The notes beneath the pieces are model-generated. The model saw nothing but the letters and a program-made list of their open reading frames with translations. It searched no databases and had not been told where the DNA came from. Position numbers and translations under genes: made by a program. This document shows, in pieces, positions 10,914-21,013 of a stretch of 64,000 bases of DNA. How positions within the stretch are numbered: position 1 is the stretch's first letter; each line of letters opens with the position of its first letter. Origin of the DNA: Thermodesulfobacteriota bacterium (GTDB lineage: Bacteria > Desulfobacterota_D > UBA1144 > Nemesobacterales > JAJCZQ01); contig CBDBDR010000017.1 of the NCBI GenBank assembly GCA_965203965.1, forward strand, positions 1 to 64,000, read 5' to 3'.

Positions 10914-11479
10914 GCGTGGAAGATGCCATTAGAATGGTCTTGAAATCTATGGGTGAAGATCCTGACAGAGAAGGTTTGGTGGGCACACCTGAAAGAGTTT
11001 CAAGGTTATACGGGGAACTTACGCGGGGCTACCAAGAAAATCCTATAGATATTATAAACAATGCTATATATGGAATTGATTATGATGAGATGGTTATTGT
11101 AAAAGATATTGAATTTTACAGTCTCTGCGAGCATCATATTCTTCCTTTTTTTGGTAAATGCCACGTTGCTTATATACCAGATGGTAAAGTGATAGGGCTA
11201 AGCAAGATACCCAGAATTGTTGAAGTTTATGCCAAAAGGCTTCAGGTTCAGGAAAATATGACCGTGCAGATAGCAAGTTTTCTCAATGAGTCGCTGAATC
11301 CTAAGGGTGTTGCGGTAGTTATTAATGGCTTTCATCTTTGTATGGCGATGAGAGGTATAATGAAGTCAGATGCTAACATGCTCACAAGCTCTATGATCGG
11401 TTCATTCAGGAAAGATGAAAGAACAAGAATGGAATTTTTAAGTTTGATAAACCATGGAGGAGGAAACAGGATTAGATAA
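10910..11479 (+). CDS. folE: GTP cyclohydrolase I
   Basis: [42 protein letters not shown]. Confidence 0.98.
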   Translation: MSVEDAIRMVLKSMGEDPDREGLVGTPERVSRLYGELTRGYQENPIDIINNAIYGIDYDEMVIVKDIEFYSLCEHHILPFFGKCHVAYIPDGKVIGLSKIPRIVEVYAKRLQVQENMTVQIASFLNESLNPKGVAVVINGFHLCMAMRGIMKSDANMLTSSMIGSFRKDERTRMEFLSLINHGGGNRIR

Positions 11480-11508
11480 AATTTGAGACAGACTGTTTTT
11501 GTAGGTCA

Positions 11509-12828
11509 ATGTATCAATTAATACTATACGGGATAAGTCACAAAACCGCTCCAGTGCATATAAGGGAGAAGTTAGTACTGGATGCTAGCTCAAGGTCGTA
11601 CCTTATTGCAAAGCTGAAGAGCAATAAAAACATCCATGAATGCGTGGTTATTTCTACGTGTAACCGTACTGAAGTATGTGCAGTTACGGATGATGAGAAT
11701 GCGTGCATAAGAGACGTAAGGGGATACTTTATAGATAAAAATCACGTTGATGAAAAAATTATAGATAATCACTTTTATAGTTTTTCCAACGTTCAAGCAG
11801 TGAGGCACTTACTAAGGGTGTCATGCAGTCTTGATTCAATGCTTGTGGGAGAACCACAGATCCTTGGACAGGTAAAAGAATCATACAAATACTCCATAGA
11901 GAATGAAGCAACTGGCATCATACTGAACAGACTTTTTCAATATGCTTTCTCTGTGGCTAAAAAAGTTCGCTCCAGCACCAACATCGGCTCCCTGGCAGTA
12001 TCGGTGGGGTATCTTATAATCAAACTATCCAAAAGCATATTTGATGATCTTTCCAACAGGAACGCGTTGCTTGTCGGGACTGGGGAGATGGCGGAGATAG
12101 CTGCGAGAAATCTGATTGACTCTGGTATAAAAAATTTGTATATAGCTGGTAGGAGCTATGAGAATTCCGAAGCACTTTCACAAAAACTCCATGGCACCAC
12201 AATAAAGCTGGAAGAGATATATTACAAACTCACGGACGTTGACATAGTTATTACCGCAACCGGTTCCAATGATTTCATATTCAAACCCGACCGTGTTCTG
12301 CAAGCGGTCAGAATTAGGAGAAACGAGTTGATGTTCTTTGTTGATATTGCCGTTCCCAGAGACGTGGATCCTAGAGTGAACGACATACCGAGCGTTTATC
12401 TTTACGATATTGACGATCTTCAGAATGTACTGGATCAGAACATTCACAAGAGAAAAGAGCGTGCGAAAGACGCAGAAAGGATTGTTGAGGGGCATTCAGC
12501 AAAATTTATAAACTGGGTTAGTGGGTTAAAGTCCTTTCCGACAATAAGAAAATTGAAGAACAGGATGGATGAAATCAAGCAGACCGAGCTTGAATGGGCA
12601 TACGGTAAGCTGGGAACTATTGATCAGAAGCAGAAAGACATTATTAGCAATCTGGTTGAGAGAATCATAGATAAAGTAATGCACGGTCCCGTTTCAGGAC
12701 TTAAAAAAGAGGCTTCCACCCCGATCGGAATGCTCTATTCCGACACTATTCAAAAGCTGTATAATCTGGAAGAAGAGTCGCAAGACTTGGAAGTTTCACA
12801 AGACGACAATGTTAAGAGTTGGAACTAG
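11509..12828 (+). CDS. hemA: Glutamyl-tRNA reductase
   Basis: GISHKTAP, STCNRTE, LDSMLVGEPQILGQVK, DIAVPRD. Confidence 0.98.
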   Translation: MYQLILYGISHKTAPVHIREKLVLDASSRSYLIAKLKSNKNIHECVVISTCNRTEVCAVTDDENACIRDVRGYFIDKNHVDEKIIDNHFYSFSNVQAVRHLLRVSCSLDSMLVGEPQILGQVKESYKYSIENEATGIILNRLFQYAFSVAKKVRSSTNIGSLAVSVGYLIIKLSKSIFDDLSNRNALLVGTGEMAEIAARNLIDSGIKNLYIAGRSYENSEALSQKLHGTTIKLEEIYYKLTDVDIVITATGSNDFIFKPDRVLQAVRIRRNELMFFVDIAVPRDVDPRVNDIPSVYLYDIDDLQNVLDQNIHKRKERAKDAERIVEGHSAKFINWVSGLKSFPTIRKLKNRMDEIKQTELEWAYGKLGTIDQKQKDIISNLVERIIDKVMHGPVSGLKKEASTPIGMLYSDTIQKLYNLEEESQDLEVSQDDNVKSWN

Positions 12829-13699
12829 GGGAAGTAGACTTGCCCTGAAGCAAGCTGAAATCGTCAGGCTAAAATTTCTGGAAGTTTCCCCTCATATTGA
12901 TGTCCGAGTGTCTGTTATAAAAACAAGTGGGGATAAGTTGTTAAGCTCACCACTTGCCGAGATTGGTGGTAAAGGAGTTTTCGTAAAAGAGATTGAAGAG
13001 TCGCTTTTGAATAATGAAATTGATATTGCCGTTCATAGCTTGAAAGACGTTCCTTCGGTGCTTCCAGATGGGTTAATTATTGGGGCAGTTTTTGAAAGGC
13101 AATATCCTGAAGATGCAGTTGTTTCTAAAAAGAACTGTAGTCTAGAGGATCTTATTCACGGTTCCAGAGTGGGAACCGGAAGCATGAGGAGAGAGGTACA
13201 GATATTGCACTATTATCCTCAACTTGAAATTGTTCCAATCAGGGGAAACGTGGATACAAGAATTAAAAAGCTGGAAACTGAAAACCTTGACGCCGTGGTG
13301 CTTGCCAGTGCTGGGTTGCATAGAATGGGTTTTGAAAGCAAAATTTGTCAGGTTCTGGATCCTCACAATTTTGTTCCCGCACCCGGTCAAGGCATTATTG
13401 CTATTGAGTCCAGAAAAAATGATGATCCTACAAACGCTTTATTAAAAGAGATAAACCATCTGAAGACACTGTCCGAGTCTTTACTTGAAAGGTCTTTCCT
13501 GAAACGCTTGGAAGGTAGTTGTAATATTCCTGCCGGATGCTACGCTAGAATTTCAGGAGATAGTATAAGTGCAGTAGGTTTTATATCAGAGAGATCAGGA
13601 AAGAAATTCATAAGAAAGGAAATAAAAGGGGATAAGCAAAATGCAGAATATCTGGGCACAAAACTGGCAGACCAAATAATTGCAAATGCAGGGGTTTGA
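12809..13699 (+). CDS. hemC: Hydroxymethylbilane synthase
   Basis: GTRGSRLA, GGKGVFVKE, AVHSLKD, IRGNVDTR, PAPGQG. Confidence 0.98.
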   Translation: MLRVGTRGSRLALKQAEIVRLKFLEVSPHIDVRVSVIKTSGDKLLSSPLAEIGGKGVFVKEIEESLLNNEIDIAVHSLKDVPSVLPDGLIIGAVFERQYPEDAVVSKKNCSLEDLIHGSRVGTGSMRREVQILHYYPQLEIVPIRGNVDTRIKKLETENLDAVVLASAGLHRMGFESKICQVLDPHNFVPAPGQGIIAIESRKNDDPTNALLKEINHLKTLSESLLERSFLKRLEGSCNIPAGCYARISGDSISAVGFISERSGKKFIRKEIKGDKQNAEYLGTKLADQIIANAGV

Positions 13700-14474
13700 A
13701 TCGTTTTTTTGTCTTGAAAACACAATTCAACCGGAGCACTTATATCTTTAGCAGACTGCGAGGGATTTTTAGGAGGTAAAGAAACAGCAAAGATCATTTT
13801 AAAAATAGCAAAGGAGTACAAGCGTATTTTTTTTTCTGTTCTTTTGCCTGTGATAAGAAGTTTCCAACAAGTTGGATTTTTGGCGGCGAGTGTCAGATCG
13901 TCTCAGTTCTTCCTAATCAAGTGCACCGCCACCCCCACAACTCCCCTTCTCTGGAGGGGAATGTACTGCTCGGACAATTGATCTTACTTTCCCAATGCTA
14001 TTCCTGCATAAAGTCTATCCCCTGACTTGACCAGGGAGAGACTCAGAAAAAGGCTACCTATAAGTGGATGGTAACAAACCAGAGGGAGATACAAATAGTC
14101 TTACTTTCCGTTTTAGGACAAATAGGAACAGATAGTTTGATGGTATAAGCTGGATAACTAAGGTATTTGACTTAAATAACCGAAAAATATAAAATGCGTA
14201 TTGTAATTAAAATTGACTGTAAAACATCAACTATAGATCGTATAATATATTTGACCATTATAAAATAAGAAAAAAATTTAGAAGAGAGCAATTGGATGTA
14301 TCATTATTCAAATTTGGATTACTGAGAGAGTTTAAAACCCATCCACATTACTGGATACTTTCAATAAGAAAAACACTGGAAATGAGTGGAAGATAACTCG
14401 CCAAGATATTTAGTGATGTTTTCAAGCAAAACGTGTTTGTATTTGAACAGGTGAATTAAAGCAAAGGTGACATA

Positions 14475-15224
14475 GTGAAGATAAGGCTGATAAGAAGTGC
14501 CACGATGAAAATAGAGTATGGTGGAAAGATCATTTTGACCGATCCGATGTTAGCTGGGAAATATGCCTATAGGACGTTTATAGGAAGATCGCCTAATCCA
14601 CTTGAGGATTTACCAGTATCAGTTGATGAAGTATTGTCCAACGTAGAACTTTGCATTCTTTCACATCTTCATATAGATCATTTTGATCCGAAGGCACAGG
14701 AGTTGTTACCGAAGGATCTGCTGATACTTTGTCAACCAGAAGATGAGAAGGAAATTGAATCCGCCGGTTTTACAAACGTTCAAGTGATTGAGAGTTCGGC
14801 TATGTGGGAAGGCATTGAAATAATTAGGACCCCCGGTCAGCACGGTGTGGGGATTTGGGCACACACGATGGGAGCCGTTTCAGGTTTTGTTTTTAAAGCC
14901 GATAACGAGCCCACGGTTTACTGGACAGGTGATACTATCTGGTATGATGGTGTGAAGGACTCCATCCAAGAGCATAAGCCGGATGTCATTATTACTCATT
15001 CAAGCGGTGCCAGATTGGGAAATTCGGAGCCGATAATTATGGACGGGTCTCAAACCGTGAGTGCATGTAAATTTGCACCTGACGCGAAGGTTGTCGCGGT
15101 TCACATGGAAAGCCTTGATCATTATAAAATAACAAGAGAGAGTTTGAGGAAACTTGCCGAAAGAGAAGGGGTAAGTTCCGAAAGACTTTTGATCCCAAAA
15201 GACGGTGAAGAAATAGTTTTTTGA
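14475..15224 (+). CDS. MBL-fold metallo-hydrolase (UlaG-like)
   Basis: SHLHIDHFD, YWTGDT, VHMES motifs. Confidence 0.88.
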   Translation: MKIRLIRSATMKIEYGGKIILTDPMLAGKYAYRTFIGRSPNPLEDLPVSVDEVLSNVELCILSHLHIDHFDPKAQELLPKDLLILCQPEDEKEIESAGFTNVQVIESSAMWEGIEIIRTPGQHGVGIWAHTMGAVSGFVFKADNEPTVYWTGDTIWYDGVKDSIQEHKPDVIITHSSGARLGNSEPIIMDGSQTVSACKFAPDAKVVAVHMESLDHYKITRESLRKLAEREGVSSERLLIPKDGEEIVF

Positions 15225-15231
15225 CCCGCCT

Positions 15232-15495
15232 TTATTTTATATCAGTTTTCCCTTTTTTATTGTATTTATTCAAAAACCGCTCTACGCGTCCTTCTTTTTC
15301 AAAAGCCTTCTCTCTTCCAGTGTAAAAGGGATGTGAACCGCTTGAGATCTCAATCGTTATAAGAGGATATTCCTCTCCATCTTCCCATTTGATCTTCTCT
15401 TCGGAAGTTTTAGTTGATCTTGTCAAAACCGAAAAATCAGAAGCTGCGTCTTTGAAAACAACATAGTTATATTCAGGGTGTATATCCTTTTTCAT
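15232..15495 (-). CDS. rpmE2: 50S ribosomal protein L31 type B (zinc-free)
   Basis: MKKDIHPEY...[10 protein letters not shown], 87 aa, no Cys. Confidence 0.95.
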   Translation of the reverse strand: MKKDIHPEYNYVVFKDAASDFSVLTRSTKTSEEKIKWEDGEEYPLITIEISSGSHPFYTGREKAFEKEGRVERFLNKYNKKGKTDIK

Positions 15496-15586
15496 TTTTT
15501 TTCACCTTATAAGCCCATAAGTTAGAAATTCTATCAAAAACCATTTTGTTGTAAAGGAAAGAATTAAGCCGGATGCTCGTATAGCA

Positions 15587-16615
15587 TCATATCTCTCTCA
15601 GCAACTCTGCCGCTCTTGGTGCGAAGTAGGTTAGTATCATATCGGCGCCGGCACGCTTTATACTCATCAGACTTTCTAAAATAACCATGTCTTCATCTAT
15701 CCATCCTGAAACTGAAGCTGCCTTAATCATCAGGTATTCACCGCTTACCTGATATGAAGCAATGGGAAGTTCGGTATTTTCCTTGAACAGGGATACAAGG
15801 TCAAGATAGTATCCAGCAGGTTTAACCATGACTATGTCAGCACCTTCTTCTTCATCAAGCATAAGTTCTCTTAGTGCTTCGCGGGAATTGGCAGGATCCA
15901 TCTGATAGGTTTTTTTGTCACTCGATCTGGGAGCAGAATTCAGTGCACCTCGAAATGGTCCGTAAAATGCCGAGGCGTATTTTGCAGTGTAAGACATAAT
16001 TGAAACGTTTGTAAAACCTTCTTCATCAAGTGTTTCCCTTATTGTTCCTATACGCCCATCCATCATGTCACTGGGCGAGATAATATCCACTCCGGAACGT
16101 GCATGTGAGAGTGCCTGCTTGCATAATATCTCAACTGTGTAGTCGTTAAGTATTTCTCCTCTTTGGGATAATATCCCATCGTGTCCTTCACTGTTATAGG
16201 GGTCTAAGGCAACGTCAGTTATAACTGTAGCCTCTGGAAATTGTTTCTTGATTAATCTGACGACTCTTTGAACAATCCCTTTGTGGTCATATGACTCTTC
16301 ACATAGAGGGGATTTTAACGGATCATCAATTGCGGGAAAGAGCACAAAAGCTGAAATCCCAAGCTCAAGAGACCTGTTTACTTCGTTCAATAATCCTTTC
16401 ATGCCAAACCTTTTGCATCCGGGCATTGAACTTATATCTTCATTAATATCTTTATCGTGTATGAATACAGGATAAATAAAGTCTCCCGGCGTAAGATAGG
16501 ATTCTCGTATCAGTTTTCTAATACTCTCGGATTTCCTGTTCCTTCTTGGTCTGGAGGAAAGTTCCAAACTTGCTACGTCTTGATTGGGAACATTGTGGGA
16601 TGGCTTTCTTTTCAT
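15587..16615 (-). CDS. hemB: Porphobilinogen synthase
   Basis: DVALDPYNSEGHDG, PSDMMDGRI, YASAFYGPFR, MVKP, YQVSGEY. Confidence 0.98.
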   Translation of the reverse strand: MKRKPSHNVPNQDVASLELSSRPRRNRKSESIRKLIRESYLTPGDFIYPVFIHDKDINEDISSMPGCKRFGMKGLLNEVNRSLELGISAFVLFPAIDDPLKSPLCEESYDHKGIVQRVVRLIKKQFPEATVITDVALDPYNSEGHDGILSQRGEILNDYTVEILCKQALSHARSGVDIISPSDMMDGRIGTIRETLDEEGFTNVSIMSYTAKYASAFYGPFRGALNSAPRSSDKKTYQMDPANSREALRELMLDEEEGADIVMVKPAGYYLDLVSLFKENTELPIASYQVSGEYLMIKAASVSGWIDEDMVILESLMSIKRAGADMILTYFAPRAAELLREI

Positions 16616-16683
16616 TTTTTCTCCAGTGCTATAATACTACTTGATATAGATCATAACTAATAATTGTAAGGAGGTTGGATCTT

Positions 16684-17475
16684 ATGAAAATTAAACAAAT
16701 TAAAGTTCTTTTTGTTTCTATTATTGTAGTTGCATTAACGTTTGTAATCGGTTGTGGGAATAAACCGAGAGTGATTATTAGTAAGGCAGAGAGGTCGCCT
16801 GAAATTACGGGAAACCCTAAGGTAAGGATCGTAAATATCATTAGGAAAGGCAACGGAATCAGTGTGGAATTAGGTGTGGACAATTTTGTTTTAGGCAGCC
16901 AGACGCAGACACCAAGAGCGGCGAAAATAGCAAATTCTCCTAAGGGACAGCACGTTCACTTAATTCTTGATAATAAACCTTATGCTGCAGTTTACAAACA
17001 GGGGAAGGGTAATCTAGTGCATATAGAAAAAGTGGCAATGGGACAGCACACTCTGTTTGCATTTCCGAGCCGCTCCTACCATGAAAGCGTCAAGACGCCG
17101 GGTGCAAGCAGTATGGTGAATTTTGAGCTAACTGATAATAAGTTAGAATTTCTGACCGTAAAAATGGGAATGCCGTCAATCATATACAGTCGTCCCAAAG
17201 GGACTTATAAAGGTGACGCTGCAAAAAAAATCATGCTTGATTTTTATTTAAACAATTTAGAGTTAAGTGCTGATGGAAATACGGCAAGGTATAAGATACA
17301 CAAAGAAAGTGAAACCCGTGAACATATTTTTGACCTTAATGAATGGACTCCAGTGTTTGTATCTGGTCTTAGCGACGGCAAATACTTTATTACGCTGGAG
17401 TTGTTGGATAAGGATGGTAACTTGGTTCAGGGAAAATGGAACAACACTACCCGTGAAATAGTAGTTTCTAAATGA
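16684..17475 (+). CDS. Putative lipoprotein of unknown function
   Basis: ATG at 16684 after AAGGAGG; signal peptide with VIGC lipobox; GQHVHLILDN and AFPSRSYHESVK motifs. Confidence 0.7.
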   Translation: MKIKQIKVLFVSIIVVALTFVIGCGNKPRVIISKAERSPEITGNPKVRIVNIIRKGNGISVELGVDNFVLGSQTQTPRAAKIANSPKGQHVHLILDNKPYAAVYKQGKGNLVHIEKVAMGQHTLFAFPSRSYHESVKTPGASSMVNFELTDNKLEFLTVKMGMPSIIYSRPKGTYKGDAAKKIMLDFYLNNLELSADGNTARYKIHKESETREHIFDLNEWTPVFVSGLSDGKYFITLELLDKDGNLVQGKWNNTTREIVVSK

Positions 17476-17484
17476 GCAAACAAG

Positions 17485-18279
17485 TCATGGTATTAAGGAA
17501 AAGACCTCATCAGCAATATAGTTGGGTTTGATAGTGCTTTGTTTCAGATTTTTTTTGCCGGTCACCCCGCTCAAAGTGAGAACGGTATAAATGCCGAAAT
17601 TGATACCACCGAGAATATCCGTTTCAAGGCTATCACCAATTATAACTGTCCTGTTCTTTTTTACGCCCGTCAGTTTCAGGCATAGCTGGAAAATGTATTT
17701 TTCAGGTTTTCCAGTTGTGATGGCTTTTTTTCCCGATGCAATCTCTATTGAAGAAAGAAGTGCCCCAGTTCCAGGTGAAAATCCATATTTTGATGGATAA
17801 TACGGATCTCTATTTGAAGCGATCAGTTTTGCACCGTTCCTGATAAATCGTGAAGCAATATCTACTTCACTGCAGTTGAAGTTTTTGTGTCCACCCATGA
17901 TCACGTAGTCTGGTCTGAAGCTATCTTTGGGGTTGACAATATTGATGCCCGTTTTGCTGATAGAGTTTTTGAACTGTTTGCTACCAATCACGTAAGCTGA
18001 TTTACCGGTTATTCCTCTAATTTTGTTTTTAAGGTAGTAACAAAGGCTTCCAGTGGATGTTATAATCTGTTCAGTTTTTGCTTTTATGCCGATCTTTTTG
18101 AGTTTTTTTACATGTTCCGTTACCGATCTGGAAGGGTTATTAGTCAGAAAAATAATTTTTTTACCCTGGTTGTATAAATAGTTAATAAATTCAGCAGATC
18201 CGGATATCAGTTCATCATCCACGTATATTACCCCATCCATATCAAGTAGGAACAGGTCAAAATTTTCAAGAACATTCAT
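17485..18279 (-). CDS. HAD-IIA family hydrolase (NagD-like)
   Basis: DMDGVIY, FLTNN, GKP, IGDSLETDI. Confidence 0.92.
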   Translation of the reverse strand: MNVLENFDLFLLDMDGVIYVDDELISGSAEFINYLYNQGKKIIFLTNNPSRSVTEHVKKLKKIGIKAKTEQIITSTGSLCYYLKNKIRGITGKSAYVIGSKQFKNSISKTGINIVNPKDSFRPDYVIMGGHKNFNCSEVDIASRFIRNGAKLIASNRDPYYPSKYGFSPGTGALLSSIEIASGKKAITTGKPEKYIFQLCLKLTGVKKNRTVIIGDSLETDILGGINFGIYTVLTLSGVTGKKNLKQSTIKPNYIADEVFSLIP

Positions 18280-18331
18280 AGGTAAGAGTTAATAGTGCGT
18301 TGATATGAAGGAAGTATAAAGAACAGGGTGT

Positions 18332-18658
18332 TTATTCACCCCATATATGCTGCTTTAACTGTTCTTGCAGATCAGCGTTGTTTGAAGAGGTGTCGATTTT
18401 TACAATCTTCATTTCGTCGTCCTGCGTAAGATGTATCCCCATGAATTCCAATACGTCAGTAGAGGCTTTTCTATATCCCTCGTAAAATTCTTCCACCTCT
18501 CCCGAGGCGCGGACGGTATTGATGTCAAGGAAAAGAGTAATTGCTGCAAGTTCGTTGGAGATAGCTGGATCAATTTCAAGCATGTAATCCTCAAGTGGCC
18601 CCCTGAGTATATAGTTTTTCCATCTTTCAACTATTTTTTCAAATTCATCAACTCTCAT
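18332..18658 (-). CDS. Hypothetical acidic protein
   Basis: 108 aa, start overlaps the EIIA gene; no motif recognised. Confidence 0.7.
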   Translation of the reverse strand: MRVDEFEKIVERWKNYILRGPLEDYMLEIDPAISNELAAITLFLDINTVRASGEVEEFYEGYRKASTDVLEFMGIHLTQDDEMKIVKIDTSSNNADLQEQLKQHIWGE

Positions 18659-19088
18659 CTTTATCTCGTTTAACTGCCGCCTGATTATTGTTCAACAACT
18701 TGCTGGCGACTATAATGTTATCTCTTCCCGCTTTTTCTGCAATTTTAACTGCTTCACTGAGTCCGGTGTCGCTTTTTAATGTAGATAGCTTTAAAAGCAT
18801 TGGCAGGTTCACGCCTGATATTACTTCGGTGTTTTCTTCGTTCAGGAAAGTCAGGCTAACATTAGATGGTGTTCCTCCGAACATATCCGTAACAAGCAAA
18901 ACTCCATCACCTCCGTCCACTGACTTGATTGAATCCTCAATTATTTTTTTGAAACTGCCATATTCTTTGGATGGACCCAACGATACACCTGCAAGTTTGA
19001 CCGAAGGCTCTTCGGATAATACAAATTTCACCGCCGATATTAGTTCATTGGATAGGTTACCATGGGTAACGACTACTATTCCGATCAA
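18648..19088 (-). CDS. PTS EIIA, mannose/fructose type
   Basis: IGIVVVTHG, TDMFGGTPSN, GVNLPML. Confidence 0.93.
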   Translation of the reverse strand: MIGIVVVTHGNLSNELISAVKFVLSEEPSVKLAGVSLGPSKEYGSFKKIIEDSIKSVDGGDGVLLVTDMFGGTPSNVSLTFLNEENTEVISGVNLPMLLKLSTLKSDTGLSEAVKIAEKAGRDNIIVASKLLNNNQAAVKRDKDES

Positions 19089-19098
19089 TTTTGCATCC

Positions 19099-19950
19099 TC
19101 ATTTATAAATATCTCTATGTTTTACCAAAAGCTCAGATTCATTGAGACCTTTTGCCAACTCATTCGCAACTGCAACGGATCTGTGTTTACCTCCGGTACA
19201 TCCAATTGCTAGGTTCAGATAAGATTTACCTTCTTTTTTATATCTTGGAATTAAAAAGATAAGCAAATCTGATATTTTTGCAATAAATTCCATTGATTCT
19301 ACGTTTGATATTACAAACTCCCTGATTTTCGGGTCGTTGCCATCTAACTCCTTCAAAGAATCAACAAAGTAAGGATTGGGTAAAAACCTCGCATCCAAAA
19401 CTATATCGGCATCTATCGGGTAACCGTGTTTGAAACCAAAAGATATAATATTCAGCAACATCCTGTGCGGATTTTCATTGGTGAATATGTTGTTGATACG
19501 ATCGCGTAGTTCATGGACGTTATAATCGGAAGTATCTACAATATGGTCGGAGAGGTTTCTGACGTTCTCAAGTACTTTCCTTTCTTTTTCTACATTTTCA
19601 AGAATATCACCGTCTTTTGATAGAGGGTGCCTTCTTCTTGTTTCCTTATATCTTTTAATCAAAACCTCATTTTTTGATTCAAGGAACAGCATATTGACTT
19701 TTTTAACCCTTTTTTTGATCAGAGCAATAAATTCGGCAAAGTTATTTAACGTCTCGATCTCTTTGATCCTAATGTCAATTACCACTGCTATTTTTGTGAA
19801 ATTCGTTTCAGATTTTTTACAGAGATCTATGAATTCGGTTATTATAGAAGTGGGAAGATTATCAATGCAAAAATAGCCAATATCTTCCAGAAATTTTATT
19901 GCAGTGCTTTTGCCTGATCCTGACAGTCCGCTTAGAATAACTATTTCCAT
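19099..19950 (-). CDS. rapZ: RNase adapter RapZ
   Basis: SGLSGSGKS, CIDNLP, TRRRHPL, SFGFKHG, RFLPNP, GCTGGKHRSV. Confidence 0.97.
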   Translation of the reverse strand: MEIVILSGLSGSGKSTAIKFLEDIGYFCIDNLPTSIITEFIDLCKKSETNFTKIAVVIDIRIKEIETLNNFAEFIALIKKRVKKVNMLFLESKNEVLIKRYKETRRRHPLSKDGDILENVEKERKVLENVRNLSDHIVDTSDYNVHELRDRINNIFTNENPHRMLLNIISFGFKHGYPIDADIVLDARFLPNPYFVDSLKELDGNDPKIREFVISNVESMEFIAKISDLLIFLIPRYKKEGKSYLNLAIGCTGGKHRSVAVANELAKGLNESELLVKHRDIYK

Positions 19951-19956
19951 TTTTGT

Positions 19957-20460
19957 TCAGTTGTTGTTTATTTTAAATCCAGAATATTTTCCGCTGTTCT
20001 TAAGAATTTGATTTCTTACGGCTACTTCTACGATAGTGGCAACGTTCCTCCCAGGGCTTACCGGAATAATAATATAGGGTATTTTAACCCCCAGTATTTC
20101 GTATGACATCGTTTCAAGACCAAGTCTTTCATATTCGGTATCAGTATTCCACTGATCAAGTTCCACAACCATGTCTATCTCTTTTTTGTCCATAACTGAA
20201 TTTGCACCAAAGAGATTTTTGATATTAACGACCCCAATTCCTCTTATTTCCATCAGGTATTTAATATTTTCGGGACCAGTTCCGATGAGCCTTGATCTGC
20301 GTTCTCGTCTGATCTCAATTACGTCATCGGCAATTAACTTGGAGCCTCCAATTATAAGATCTATCGCACATTCACTTTTACCTATTCCGCTTTTTCCGAG
20401 TATTAAGACCCCGAGCTGTTTTACATCCAAAAGCACGCCATGAAAAGTTTTCATTGGCAT
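19957..20460 (-). CDS. hprK: HPr kinase/phosphorylase, catalytic domain only
   Basis: HGVL, GKSGIGKSE, LIADD, EIRGIG, PGRN; only 167 aa. Confidence 0.9.
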   Translation of the reverse strand: MPMKTFHGVLLDVKQLGVLILGKSGIGKSECAIDLIIGGSKLIADDVIEIRRERRSRLIGTGPENIKYLMEIRGIGVVNIKNLFGANSVMDKKEIDMVVELDQWNTDTEYERLGLETMSYEILGVKIPYIIIPVSPGRNVATIVEVAVRNQILKNSGKYSGFKINNN

Positions 20461-20556
20461 TTATGATTTGTACGGAATTTTATTGATCTTCGTTTAATAC
20501 ACGGTTTTTCACTATAAGAATATAGAAATACCTTGACCGTGAATCCTTGACTGGTT

Positions 20557-21012
20557 TTACTGGTCATCTTGTTCTATTATCAGATCATAGATCTCATCTG
20601 TCGAATTGGCTTTGAGAATATTTTCACGGAGCGTGGGATTTTTGAAAACCTTTGATATTGCCGAAAGAACTTGTATGTGCAGGCTGGATGAATTTCCCGG
20701 GGAAAGTATCAAAATGAAAATGCGAGTTGGTTGTGAATCTAGAGAATCAAAGTCAATTCCATTACAACTTCTTGCCAAAGCGCATATAATGCGGTTTGTG
20801 CCTAGTAACTTACCGTGTGGGATTGCAATCCCTTTATCAATTGCAGTGCTGCAAATATCTTCCCTTTCTTTTAAAACCTCTAATATTTTTTCCCGGTTCA
20901 GACTAGACCTGCCAGCTACAAACTCTGAAATTTCTTCAAGTGCTTGCTGTTTTGAAGTAGCCTTTAAATCCAGGATTATCAAATCATTGTTTATCAAATC
21001 GGTGATTCTCAT
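20557..21012 (-). CDS. ptsN: PTS EIIA-Ntr
   Basis: ERE..STAI..GIAIPH, GIDFDSLD; lies between hpf and hprK. Confidence 0.9.
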   Translation of the reverse strand: MRITDLINNDLIILDLKATSKQQALEEISEFVAGRSSLNREKILEVLKEREDICSTAIDKGIAIPHGKLLGTNRIICALARSCNGIDFDSLDSQPTRIFILILSPGNSSSLHIQVLSAISKVFKNPTLRENILKANSTDEIYDLIIEQDDQ

Positions 21013-21013
21013 G

